Notes under the pieces: generated by a model
What the model saw: only the letters and a program-made list of their open reading frames with translations
Told to the model about the DNA's origin: nothing
Database searches by the model: none
Position numbers and translations under genes: made by a program
NCBI RefSeq assembly: GCF_009914755.1
Contig: NC_060925.1
Length of the DNA: 64,000 nucleotides
Source of the DNA: the human T2T-CHM13v2.0 reference genome, Homo sapiens
Strand: one strand, 5' to 3'
Shown: in pieces, positions 1 through 12,729 of the stretch
Position numbering within the stretch: the first letter of the stretch is position 1
Layout of the letters: each line of letters begins with the position of its first letter

Positions 1-230
1 GCCACAATTCCTGTCAATTTCCAACTCCTAGCCACTTCAACCTCAACCATTTTAGACTGTCAAAGTGAGTGTGAGGCTAAGTCAGAATCACAAAACTGGC
101 CTCACACACACAGTTTCTGCAAATTCAGCATAGTTGGTTTAGCACCTCACTTGGACTGCGGGAACTATTGTTTACTGTCCAGCTTTGGGGGCCTCAGTAG
201 GCAAAGAATCCTGTTAAAACATTTTGTTAT

Positions 231-377
231 ACAATCTACTTCTTGCCCAGGATGTTCAGCGTAGTGTATAAGATGTTTCTTATTATTTGTGAGTTTGATT
301 TCCTGAAGCAACTGCTTTAAAAAAGAACACTGATATGCACTATAAGATCTCTTATGTTTTTAACAAGGCAGGTTGTA
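231..377 (+). repeat. Local direct repeat copy 1 (about 145 bp) in FMO4 intron
   Basis: Matches 1600-1744; identical 41-nt core at 282-322 and 1649-1689. Confidence 0.9.
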
Positions 378-704
378 GCTATTCAATAAATGTTACCAAG
401 TGAATGAATGAATCAATGACTGAATAGGAGGAAAATAATATATTCTAGAAGAGAATTTAATCTTTGTATATTGACACTTCAAAGGAACTTGAAGCCTTGG
501 AGTGAGAGGCAGTCTAGTCCTCAAAACTGCTGGGCTTCTCTTTCAGATTCTTTGTCAATGCTTCATCTCATCTGTGATTCTGGCCATCACTGGCCTCATC
601 ACAATTGTTTCCTCTGTCACCTCCCACAATTTCCATTGTTGCTGCTGCTGCTGTAAACACCCTGTTTCCACTATTCTTACCATTCTTAGTTTATGTGAAT
701 CCAT

Positions 705-1066
705 GGTTCATGTCTATTCTCATGCTGCTAATAAAGACACACCCAAGACTGGGTAATTCATAAAGGAAAGAAGTTTAATTGACTCCCAGTTCCACATGGC
801 TCAGGAGGCCTCACAATCTTGGCAGAAGCGAAGGAAGAGCAAAGTCACGTCTTACAGGGTGGCAGGCAAGAGAGAGAGCATGCCCAGGGGAACTCCCATT
901 CCTAAAACCATCATATCTCGTGAGACTTATTCACTATCAGGAGAACAGCATGGGAAAGACCTGCCCCCATGATTCAGTTACCTCCCACTGGGTCCCTCCC
1001 ATGACACGTGAGAATTAGAGGAGCTACAATTCAAGATTTGGGTGGGGACACAGCCAAACCACATCA
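705..1066 (-). mobile_element. MaLR solo LTR (MST/THE1 type)
   Basis: Ends ggggacacagccaaaccacatca (reverse of TGATATGGTTTGGCTGTGTCCCC); typical body; left boundary approximate. Confidence 0.85.
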
Positions 1067-1599
1067 GTCTTTTATGTCTGCCAAGGAGATAATCACCAAA
1101 AATGAATCAAAAGAAGAAATATTTGTAGTCTTCCTTACATATGTAAATATCATTATAGCTGTGCTTCTATGGACAGAGTATTAGGAGCTTCATGAAAGAT
1201 CAATCAGAAACAAGAGTAAATAACATAAGAATAAAACACAAATAAGCATACTGCATAATAACACATCAATAATAAAGCATAAAGTACAAGTAACATGAAC
1301 TTAAATCACTAGAATAATTACTTCATTTACGAAAGAACTTACCACAGAATCTCCCCTGTGGAGAATTTTAATTGAATCAAAATTTAATATGTAAACATAT
1401 TATATATACAAATCACATTCTGATAGAATATATCTATTGGGCAAAGTAACATGCATCAACAACCTACTGTTTTTATTTGTTTGTTCAAGATCTTTATTCA
1501 GTATCCAAAAGAAGATGTCAAGTAGGTATTTAGATACAAGTGTAATGGTCCTGGGAGAAGCCACAGTTGGATATAATACTTAATGTAGATGAACTAGAA

Positions 1600-1744
1600 A
1601 CAATCTACTTTTTGCCCAGGATATTCAGCATAGTATATAAGATGTCTCATTATTTGTGAGTTTGATTTCCTGAAGCAACTGCTTTAAAAGGGCACATTCA
1701 TATGGAATTCAAGATTTCCTATGTTTTTAACAAGGCAGTTTGTA
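1600..1744 (+). repeat. Local direct repeat copy 2
   Basis: Matches 231-377. Confidence 0.9.
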
Positions 1745-1938
1745 CTAAATCCACATCTGGGCTCACAGCATCCCAGGGAGAGGGAGGTTATATGCTTTTT
1801 CTACTTCCTGCCACAAGCAGCATAAGCAAAGGACTGCCATAGTTGTGGGACTTCCCTTTTTCCACAGACCCTATCCCTGCGTAGTGAGAAATTATAACTT
1901 TAGACATTTCAGACTTTCTGATCCTTCACTCCTCTCAG

Positions 1939-2081
1939 GAATTCATAAGTTTAAAGGTCAGATCCTGCATAGTCAAGAGTACAAGATCCCAGAAGGCTTT
2001 CAGGGCAAACGCGTCTTGGTGATTGGTCTTGGGAACACTGGAGGAGACATTGCTGTGGAACTCAGTCGAACGGCAGCTCAG
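1939..2081 (+). CDS. FMO4: FMO4 (flavin-containing monooxygenase 4) internal coding exon, 143 bp
   Basis: ctctcag|GA acceptor, CAG|gt donor; encodes [16 protein letters not shown] (FMO motif FxGxxxHxxxY) and GLGNTG (NADPH-binding GxGxxG). Confidence 0.97.
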
Positions 2082-3007
2082 GTACATCATCTCTGAATTA
2101 ATGCCCCTAATCCCATCATCAGTTATGATGGCTGGAAAGAGATATTCAAAACTATGAAGTACATTGGCCAATTGCTAAATTATGCAGACACACAGTAAGT
2201 GGGAAAAAAAAAAAACATTGAAAATCTTTAAAGCCACTCACGGTTCTTTCTGAACTATTTAAAAAGCCATGCTTTACAGAACTGAACTATCTCCAAGAAG
2301 GGTCTAGGAAAATTGTGTGGATGCCAGACCTCTAAGCATTTTTCAGGAGTGCTTCCTTCAGAAACAAGACCATATAGGCAAATTGCTTCACCCAGTTCAA
2401 TTATCTTTTTTTTACACCCTCCCTTTGTCATTCTGGTAAAATCCCTATGTAAGAATAGAAAGGTCATTTTCTTGAATGTTTCTAAGTTCTCTACTAAAGG
2501 TGATATCTGTACCTTGTTTTGAGATGAAAGCAACTCTTGCACAACAAGTATACATAATGGTTTTAGAAAGTCTAAGCCCAGATTCACAAATTAGAAATCT
2601 ATTGCACTTTAGCATAAATTAAAGGAAAATGATTAGATCTGGAAAGAATATATTTTTATTTAAAAATAAGGTAAAATTGCTTTTCCATACCTTCACTTTA
2701 AGTTCTATTTTGCTTACATGTAAAAAATTGCCAGATCAATTCCATGTATCTACAAATATTATACTTCTATATTTATAATTCTATAAACATAGTAAAATAT
2801 TTAAGAGACATACAGATCTAGTAAAGTGATTTTGAGAACAATGACAGCAATAGGAACAGATAATCGTATGTAGACCTATGTACAAATTCACCAATCCTCT
2901 GTTGTTAAAAGACCAGACTGGAATAAGATCATTTGAAACACACTGATGAAAAATACTACAAAATGATGAACATTTATTTATCCTTCTTGCCTTACTTTAC
3001 TTTTTAG

Positions 3008-3207
3008 GTACTTCTCAGTACTAGAACTGGTACCTGGGTTCTTGGGCGCTCTTCAGATTGGGGCTATCCTTATAATATGATGGTTACAAGAAGATGCTGT
3101 AGTTTTATTGCACAAGTTCTGCCTTCACGTTTTCTAAACTGGATTCAAGAAAGGAAGTTGAATAAGAGATTTAATCATGAGGATTATGGATTAAGTATTA
3201 CCAAAGG
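3008..3207 (+). CDS. FMO4: FMO4 internal coding exon, 200 bp
   Basis: ttttag|GTA acceptor, GG|gt donor; VLLSTRTGTW...RFNHEDYGLSITKG, in phase with neighbouring exons. Confidence 0.97.
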
Positions 3208-3438
3208 GTACTTACATTTTTTATTTAGTAGAAAAAATATTAAATCAATATTTATCATTACATTTTATTCAGAATTCAAAATGTTCAATAATTGTAATAT
3301 TGCCTTTGTTTATTCTACTCTAAATCCATTTCCCTAAAACACTGTTCATCAGGTACCACAGCAGTTTTTAAAATATATGTATTCTCTTTCTGGTGGCAAA
3401 AGTAGTGATTCATGAGGCTGGAAGAAAATAAAAGATGA

Positions 3439-3822
<384 letters not shown>

Positions 3823-4130
3823 AAAATGATATATTTTAATATACATCTGTATAGAGTTGCACATTGGCAAGTAAAAGAAAGCCTTTGAAAAGCACGTAAG
3901 GTCATTAAATATGATTTTTATTATACACTTGACCCAAATATTTTTCTTTGGTAAGATATCTTTTTTTGTTTTGTTTCTTTTTTTGTCTGTGTTTTTATCC
4001 TTGAGATGTCCTTCAACTTATGAGGAAAACTACTGGCAAAGGATGATTTGATATGTAAATTTTACAAAGAAAATATGTTTGATGTGATTAGGTAGAATGA
4101 TGGTCACACTGAAAATATGTATCAGTATAA

Positions 4131-4298
4131 ATTTTTTTTAATGGAGTCTCACTCTGTTGCCCAAGCTGGAGTGCAGTGGGTGTGATCTTGGCTCACTGCC
4201 ACCTCTGCCCTCCCCGGGCTCAAGTGATTCTCCTGCCTCAGCCTCCCAGATAGGTGGGACTACAGGTGCAGGCCACCATGCCCAGCTAATTTTTTGTA
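4131..4298 (-). mobile_element. Partial Alu (right arm)
   Basis: Reverse Alu right monomer ending at the linker. Confidence 0.85.
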
Positions 4299-4709
4299 TT
4301 AAATTTTTATTTAAAGAGTTCCTTGCTAATTTCCTGTCTGCCTGATGTCATTCCCTAGAGGCCTAAGTAATTTGAGACCCAAAATTGATCATCAAATGGA
4401 TTGTTGTACCCTCTATGCTGACACTCTGAGAAAAGCATTGCTCCAGAAATTAGTTCTAAGAGATAGAGAGTTTTAAACCCCAAGCAAGAAAGAGTAGGTT
4501 TAGTCATTTTCCATATACCTTCTACTGAGAACAGAAACACAAAACCATGTTATAAACATACTAAGTCAAGTAGATGACTTTGAATTAGACATTGGTTAAT
4601 TCTCTTCCTTAGCTTGGCAGGTAATTTCCCTGAATTGGCTAAGTAAATCATTTGCTGAAGTTTCTCATAAAAATAACTACAGTGAATAATTTTCTCCTGT
4701 GTGTCAAAG

Positions 4710-5062
4710 GAAAAAAGCAAAATTCATTGTGAATGATGAGCTGCCAAACTGTATCCTCTGTGGGGCAATCACTATGAAAACCAGCGTGATTGAATTTACA
4801 GAAACCTCTGCTGTCTTTGAAGATGGGACAGTGGAAGAAAACATTGATGTTGTGATCTTCACTACAGGATATACATTTTCTTTTCCATTTTTTGAAGAAC
4901 CTCTTAAAAGCCTCTGTACAAAGAAGATATTTCTATACAAGCAAGTCTTTCCCTTAAACCTAGAGAGAGCGACATTAGCCATCATCGGCCTTATCGGCCT
5001 TAAAGGATCCATCTTATCAGGCACAGAGCTCCAAGCACGATGGGTCACAAGAGTATTCAAAG
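4710..5062 (+). CDS. FMO4: FMO4 internal coding exon, 353 bp
   Basis: caaag|G acceptor, AAAG|gt donor; [12 protein letters not shown]...DVVIFTTGY (FATGY-type motif)...[12 protein letters not shown]. Confidence 0.97.
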
Positions 5063-5504
5063 GTACCATGACTCTACTGAAAGTCCTCTCTTTGGATCGT
5101 AAAATTGGTGCCCTGCCATTTAGCTAAAATCAAACAGATGTGAACTAAAGTAACAAAATATTTTTAACATTAGTGTACAATTAATTGTATATGTTTGTAA
5201 TATGAGGGTGTGCTGTGTCACTTAATGTGACTGAATAGGAAAAGAGATTTTGGCTCTGTGGATGAGATAAATTTGGACAACAGAATATAATCAAATTTGT
5301 CAGGTTAGCTGAAATTATTGAAGGCTTCATGATCCTGTTCTAGCCTAGTCTAATCTATCTACTCCTAAATCTTTTCATTTAGTACTAGAAGTATAATTTT
5401 ATATTGCTTCCAAAGAAAGATATTGGAATAATATACACTATGAATGAAGTTGAGATTAGAGACCCATAAAAAATATTTTAGACACTGGAAACTACTTTCT
5501 GTCA

Positions 5505-5720
5505 ATTATGCAATAAGAGCATAGATACTGGAGTCAGAGCTACGGAGGTCCAATCCCAACTTCAAAATTCTTTAGCTTTGCAAGAACCCCTCTAAATCTC
5601 AGCCCCTTCATCTGTAAAATGGGGATAATAAATCCCGTATGACAAGAATTTTGTAAAAAGGATAATGTCTGCAAAGCAATTAGCACAGTACTTGACATAT
5701 AACTAACGCGTATTAAGTGA
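5505..5720 (+). mobile_element. MIR SINE
   Basis: Core cttcatctgtaaaatggggataata...aaagcaattagcacagt. Confidence 0.7.
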
Positions 5721-6905
5721 CAGGGTTTCTCTGACCATTGCTATTGCTATCATACCTCTCTAAAGCAGGGCAAATTTTAGATTAGCAAGCATTTTAGTTT
5801 TAAAGAACTGCAGTTTTCTGTTTTTAAATATAAACAGCCATAGCAATTGGGCCCATCAGCTATGCTGTAGAAAAATTCTGTTCTTAATGAATAAAAACAA
5901 TTACCAATAACTTATAAATAGCATACAACATGGTATTAAATAGTGTTGACTTCTATCAAACTGTAGAAATATAATAGGCATCAATCACACTTAAAACCGT
6001 ACGTTCTCCTAAGTTGGCACAAAAAAAAATGTTATTTGAATGGGGGGAGGGGAAAGAAGGCAGTTAGAAAATCTCATTTTATTTACATTACAGAAAAAAA
6101 TCCTACAACCCTGCAGTAAATTACCACAAATTTCTGTTTTTTAAGGTCAGTTAAAGAGCTTTCACAGCATTATCCAATTACATTAAAACCACAGAAGACT
6201 TAATTAACTACTGGTTTTAAAAAGTATTTTATGGTGAGCTCCAAAATGGTTATTAGAATGATAAAGCTGACAAAACAAAACTCTTTTAGCTCACACCATA
6301 GGAGTAATGGCATGCTTCTCCTGAGAACTTCCAAAAAGCAATCTAGGAACAACCAATTAAATCTTGCTAGTTTTTTAGAGGATAAGGTGACCCTAGTGGA
6401 AAGCAGTCCACAGAGCTTAGTTGGACCTATCTCGTGTGGAAAGTAAACACACACCCTGGGCCAGCACTTGGTACCTGACAAAGGCAGGACTGGCCAGAAT
6501 GGGATGGCAAACAGGGCAGACTAACAAGGGTCACAAGTGGCCTGAGGTGGATAGGGACAGTGAAGGGGCAGGGGGTGGGGACAGAGTTTACATTATAAGA
6601 GGGAGTATGGGTGTTCTAGGAACCCAGAAGACAAACTTGGATTTTAGTCTCTGGGGAAGCTGGACAACTGCAGAGAATTATCAGGGTGCAAGCTGTTAAG
6701 GGAGAATAAGGTTTAGAATTCAGAAAAACAAGAAGAGCAGAGTCCAAGTGCTAAGACTGTCTAGATGGGAGATTGGGAATGAGCAGGTCCTCACAACAAA
6801 AGCAGACAGAGCCTGGGTGAGACTGACTGCGAAACTGCCAGGCCCCTTCCACACATGAGGCTCCTTGTGTAACAAAAATGAAAATGTTCTAAGACAGGGT
6901 TATAA

Positions 6906-7200
<295 letters not shown>

Positions 7201-7260
7201 TAAAATGGGGTCATTTTAAGTGTTTACATCTAACCAACTAATAGCTTTAACACAAACATG

Positions 7261-7285
7261 CACACACACACACACACACACACAC
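7261..7285. repeat. (CA)n microsatellite
   Basis: Seen directly. Confidence 0.9.
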
Positions 7286-7654
7286 GTACAATGTGGAGGG
7301 TATACATACAATATAATATAAATTATATTATTTATACAGCAAAAGCAGATGAAGAGAGACAGGGCAGGCCAACTGGCACAGGTGCAGGTGTCTGGTGAGT
7401 GTGGCGCAGGCTGACAGCTGGGCCATAGAGGCATCTCTCCTCACAATTCTGGCAGTAGAGTACCCTGGTTAAGTGAACTGGGCGGGGAATTTTACCTCCA
7501 GAAAATTATTTTCTGTGCTGCATTTCCATTCTGAGCTTTGACTATCATGTGCTCTGAAGTTAGAGCAGTGGGAGGCTAGAAATGAGTGGGTGGAGAATTT
7601 AAATAAAGGAAAAGCCACATGTGACTTTAGTGTTGTTTGTGATTTTTCCCACAG

Positions 7655-7724
7655 GACTCTGTAAGATACCTCCATCCCAAAAATTGATGATGGAGGCTAC
7701 TGAAAAGGAACAGCTCATTAAAAG
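7655..7724 (+). CDS. FMO4: FMO4 penultimate coding exon, 70 bp (not in ORF track)
   Basis: tttttcccacag|GA acceptor, AAAAG|gtatga donor; GLCKIPPSQKLMMEATEKEQLIKR bridges phase 1 to phase 2. Confidence 0.95.
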
Positions 7725-7929
7725 GTATGAAATGTAGCTTGCTCTAGGGCAAACTTACAGTATATTCTGTTACAAAAAAAGGATTCAGAGTATAAAAGCC
7801 ATTCCTAGAGAAGCAGTATGGCAGGTTGGAAATAACTCTGCATTAGGAATCAGAAGGATACATTTTTAGTCCTAACTCTGCCACCAATCAGACGTGGCCT
7901 TAGACAAGTCATCTGGGGACACCAGGTCT

Positions 7930-9248
7930 TTTCAGTGGAACACACAGCCTGGCCCCCTACCAGTGGCAATCCTGTCTTCACTTAGTCCAGGAAATCTATT
8001 CTGACTTCACTCTCTTCCTACCTCTCAGGCTGCTCTTTCTCTGTATTTGCTGGTATCGCCTCTTCCTCACTCCCAAAATTTAGTGAGCTCCAAACTTAGT
8101 CCTCAGGCCTCTTCTCATTCCTATTTACACCCACTCCCAGGTGGCCTCATCCAGGCCTGTGGCTTTAAATATCATCATATACTCAGGGCTCCCAAACTGT
8201 GTCTCTGACTCAAATCTTTCTCCAGAACTTCAGACTCCTAATTCCCCTCCCTCTAGATAGCTCCACTTAGATATTTAATAGGCGTCTCAAATTTAATATG
8301 TCTAAAAATGAACTCTTGACCCCCTCCGCCCCCCATCTGCCCTGTAAATGGGCTGATCTGAAACTTTTCCCCATCTCAGTTCATAGCTACTCATTCCAGT
8401 TGGTCAAAACCAAGTTCAGTCAAAAACCTTGGATTAATCCTTTTCTCTTCTTTTTTTCTCACATCCCATATCGGCAAATATTGTCAGCTCCTACCTACCA
8501 AATAAATCCAGAATTCAGACACTTCTCACTGCCCCTACTGCTACCATCCCAGACCAGACCACCAACATCTCTCATCAGGACACTTGCTGCCACCTCTTAC
8601 CTGGTCTCCCTCCTTCCACTCTGTTCTACAATCTAGGCTTGTCACAGCATCAAGAGTGAGCCACATCACATTGCCCTTCTACTCAAAAACCTCCAGTTGC
8701 TTCCTTTTCACTCCCAGGAGGCTCCCTACAGCCTCTGTGGCCCACAGCACACCCAAATATTGATATGCCCTCACTGCCTACTGCTCTCCATCTCATCCAT
8801 GCTGCTTTAGGCATTCCAGCCTCCTACCTGTTCCTCAAACATACCAAACATAACCCCCTCAGAACCTTTACGCTCTACTCTTCTGTCAGCCTGGAATGTT
8901 CCATCAGACACCTAAAAGACTCACTCTGTTCAAATGTCACTTAATAAGAGAGAAGCCTTCTCTGACAACACTATATGTGACAGCAACCCACCCTGACTCA
9001 CCATTGCCTCTCCCCTTACCCTCCTTTCTATTTCTCAGAGTGCCCATTATTACCACCTGATATATTACATATCTACTTAGTTGAGGTTTTTTAATAATGT
9101 ATTCATTTCCCCCATTAAAATACAGGCTTTTTGACAGCAAGGACTTTGTTTTGTTCACTATTGGATCTCCAGCACCTACAATGGTGCCTGGAATGTGATA
9201 GACACTTAATGTTCATTTATTTATTTACTCACTGAATGAATGAATGAT
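7930..9248 (+). mobile_element. L2 LINE 3' fragment
   Basis: ctcaaatttaatatgtctaaaaatgaactc; cagcacctacaatggtgcctgg; terminal (tgaa)n. Confidence 0.75.
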
Positions 9249-9599
9249 TGACATTGGGACATCATGAAAGTTTACTGACAGAAATAAGTAAACTTCATGA
9301 AAAGTAGAACATCGTGGAAGTTTACTGACAGGAATAAGTAAATAAGTAAGTTTACTGACAGAAATAGGTATGAATAATGCCTTCATATTAATATATAATA
9401 TGCTCATATCTGTGGAAAGTTCAGTCCACGTACACCAAGTATGGCCTTCTCAACTCACAATTCACACCAATAAAAAAATTTAGGTACATATGATGCTTTC
9501 TGGTCATGTTCATTCATTCAACAGCTGTTCTATTTGGACTGATCAGACGTTGTTCTCACATCAAATCCAAGAACTGAAAACATTATTTAAAGTTTCTCT

Positions 9600-11457
9600 C
9601 GAGTTTTTAAGAACCTACAACTATTTATGGAGAAAAAGCAGCCCAAGGATGATCTTTTTGATAGACTCAATACTGGTATTCTGAATAAGCATCTCCAGGA
9701 TCTCATGGAGAGCTTGACAGCCAAGGTATTCCATACATACAATGCCTCCATCACGCTACAGCAGCAGCTAGAAGAACTCACAGCCCCGGATGAGAACATC
9801 CCAGCGAAGATCCTTTCTTATAACCGTGCCAATCGAGCTGTTGCAATTCTTTGTAACCATCAGAGGGCACCACCAAAAACTTTTGAGAAGTCTATGATGA
9901 ACTTGCAAACTAAGATTGATGCCAAGAAGGAACAGCTAGCAGATGCCCGGAGAAACCTGAAAAGTGCTAAGGCTGATGCCAAGGTCATGAAAGATGCAAA
10001 GATGAAGAAGGTAGTAGAGTCAAAGAAGAAGGCTGTTCAGAGACTGGAGGAACAGTTGATGAAGCTGGAAGTTCAAGCCACAGACCGAGAGGAAAATAAA
10101 CAGATGGCCTTGGGAACCTCCAAACTCAATTATCTGGATGCTAGGATCACTGTGCCTTGGTGCAAGAAGTGGGGTGTCCCAATTGAGAAGATTTACAACA
10201 AAACCCAGCGAGAAAAGTTTGCCTGGGCCATTGAAATCGCTGATGAAGACTACGAGTTTTAGCCAGTCTCAAGAGGCAGGGTTCTGTGAAAAGGAACAGT
10301 GTGGTTTGGGAAAGATGGATAAACTGAGCCTCGCTTGCCCTCGTGCCTGGGTGAGAGAGGCAGCAAGTCTTAACAAACCAACATCTTTGCAAAAAGCTAA
10401 ACCTGGAGATATTATAAGGGACAGCTGAGCCAGTTGTCCTACGGACAACTTATTTAAAAATATTTCAGCTATCAAAATTCTAGCTGTATGATTTGTTTTG
10501 AATTTTGTTTTTATTTTCCAGAGGGCAAGTGGATGGGAATTTGTCAGCGTTCTACCAGGCAAATTCACTGTTTCACTGAAATGTTTGGATTCTCTTAGCT
10601 ACTGTATGCAAAGTCCGATTATGTTGGTGTGTTTTTACAGTTAGGGTTTTGCAATAACTTCTATATTTTAATAGAAATAAATTCCTAAACTCCCTCCCCT
10701 CTCCCCCATTTCAGGAATTTAAAATTAAGTAGAACAAAAAACCCAGTGCGCCTGTTAGAGTCGTCACTGTCTATTGTCATAGGGATCAATTTTCATTAAA
10801 CTTGAAGCAGTCGTCGCTTTGGCAGTGTTTTGGTTCAGACACCTGTTCACAGAAAAGCATGATGGGAAAATATTTCCTGACTTGAGTGTTCCTTTTTAGA
10901 TGTGAATTTTTATTTCTTTTTAATTATTTTAAAATATTTAAACCTTTTTCTTGATCTTAAAGATCATGTAGATTGGGGTTGGGGAGGGATGAAGGGCGAG
11001 TGAGTCTAAGGATAATGAAATAATCAGTGACTGAAACCATTTTCCCATCATCCTTTGTTCTGAGCATTCGCTGTACACTTTAAGATATCCATCTTTTTCT
11101 TTTTAGCCCTGATCTTTCACTTGAAAGATTTTATTGTATAAAAAGTTCCACAGGTCAATAAATTTAGAGGAAAATGAGTATTTGGTCCAAAAAAATTAAA
11201 AATAATTAAGATTTTAGGGCTTTTATTTTTTCTTTTGTAATTGTGTAAAAAATGGAAAAAAACATAAAAAGCAGAACTTTAATGTGAAGACTTTTTTGCT
11301 ATAATCATTAGTTTTAGAGGCATTGTTAGTTTAGTGTGTGTGCAGAGTCCATTTCCCACATCTTTCCTCAAGTATCTTCTATTTTTATCATGAATTCCCT
11401 TTTAATCAACTGTAGGTTATTTAAAATAAATTCCTACAACTTAACGGAAAAAAAAAA
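9600..11457 (+). pseudogene. TOP1P1: 5'-truncated processed pseudogene of DNA topoisomerase I in the last FMO4 intron
   Basis: Intronless TOP1 C-terminal sequence ([11 protein letters not shown]...[11 protein letters not shown]...ADEDYEF, stop 10262), long 3' UTR, AATAAA 11425-11430, A-tail 11448-11457, TSD AAAGTTTCTCT at 9589-9599 and 11455-11465. Confidence 0.96.
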
Positions 11458-11711
11458 GTTTCTCTTCCATCTCTAGTAAAATTAATTGCCTCCTTTTACC
11501 ATCTCTAGTAAAATTAATTAGCTTCACAGATACCCTCTGTAGATAAACTCCTTTAATTTCTTTCTTCCTAACATACAAAAACATTCCCAAATATGGTTTG
11601 ATTTCCCCCAAAAAATGTAACAAAATGGTGGGAGGATGGGTGGGTCTGATAACTTGAGAAATGCAGGGCAGGTGTGATTAATGAAAGGTCCTCCCTCTTT
11701 TTTCCTCTCAG

Positions 11712-12138
11712 GGGAGTGTTTAAAGACACCAGCAAAGACAAATTTGACTACATTGCCTACATGGATGATATCGCTGCCTGCATAGGCACAAAGCCCAGCA
11801 TCCCACTTCTGTTCCTCAAGGATCCCAGACTAGCTTGGGAAGTTTTCTTTGGACCATGTACTCCTTATCAGTACCGCCTCATGGGCCCTGGAAAATGGGA
11901 TGGAGCCAGAAATGCCATCCTGACCCAGTGGGACAGAACATTGAAACCTTTAAAAACTCGAATTGTCCCTGATTCCTCCAAGCCTGCCTCCATGTCACAT
12001 TATTTAAAAGCCTGGGGGGCACCTGTCCTACTTGCCTCTCTTCTACTTATCTGTAAATCTTCACTTTTCTTGAAATTGGTGAGAGATAAACTACAGGACA
12101 GAATGTCCCCTTACCTAGTAAGTCTTTGGCGAGGATGA
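11712..12138 (+). CDS. FMO4: FMO4 last coding exon with hydrophobic membrane anchor and C-terminal extension
   Basis: tttcctctcag|G acceptor; [16 protein letters not shown]...[25 protein letters not shown]...VSLWRG, TGA at 12136-12138; C-terminus matches recalled 558-aa FMO4. Confidence 0.97.
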
Positions 12139-12359
12139 ACCTGATTGTTACAAGGGTTACACAAAGTCATGCTAATTCTATCTCCAAGTATCTTGTGCAT
12201 CCCTCCTCTGCTCTCCATCATAACTGCTATTAGCCAAATTCAGGCCCAGTCATCTCCTATCTGAATTATTGTATTATCTTCTTCTTTGTTTTCAGTACCC
12301 TCTTTCTTGCCACCCTTTCCAATGCATCTTCTACCCTGCTACCTCAGTGATTATTCTAA

Positions 12360-12365
12360 AATAAA
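12360..12365 (+). terminator. FMO4: Probable FMO4 polyadenylation signal
   Basis: First AATAAA after the stop codon, about 220 nt downstream. Confidence 0.7.
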
Positions 12366-12371
12366 TATATA

Positions 12372-12729
12372 TGATATGGTTTAGCTGTGTCCCCACCCAA
12401 ATCTCATCTTGAATTGTAGCTCCCATAATTCCCACATGCCGTGGGAGGTAGGTAATTGAATCATGGGGGCAGGTCTTCTCCCATACTGTTCTCATGGTAG
12501 TGAATAAGTCTCACTATATCTGATGGTTTTATAAATGACAGTTCCCCTGCACAAGCTCTCTCGTGTCTACCACCATGTAAGACGTGTCTTTGCTCCTTCT
12601 TCACCTTCCACCATGATTGTGAGGCCTCCCCAGCCATGTGGAACTGTGAGTCTGTTAAACCTCCCTTCCTTTATAAATTACCCAGTCTTGGGTATGTCTT
12701 TATTAGCAGCAATAGAACAGACTAATACA
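12372..12729 (+). mobile_element. MaLR solo LTR (MST type) abutting the FMO4 poly(A) signal
   Basis: TGATATGGTTTAGCTGTGTCCCCACCC...GACTAATACA; TSD atata/atatg. Confidence 0.92.

Noticed and set aside
9259-9370. Repeat-spacer pattern resembling a CRISPR array
   Set aside because: Only three copies, uneven spacers partly derived from the repeat, mammalian intron, no cas genes.
9595-9615. In-frame FMO4-TOP1 fusion through cryptic acceptors at the retrocopy 5' end
   Set aside because: The AAG at 9609-9611 is out of frame with the phase-2 donor at 7724 and stops at 9684; an in-frame route needs exon skipping or a weak GAG acceptor.
11467-11519. Short tandem duplications (also 27467-27511, 51928-51966, 61574-61609)
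   Set aside because: Ordinary replication-slippage duplications of about 16-32 bp with no sign of function.
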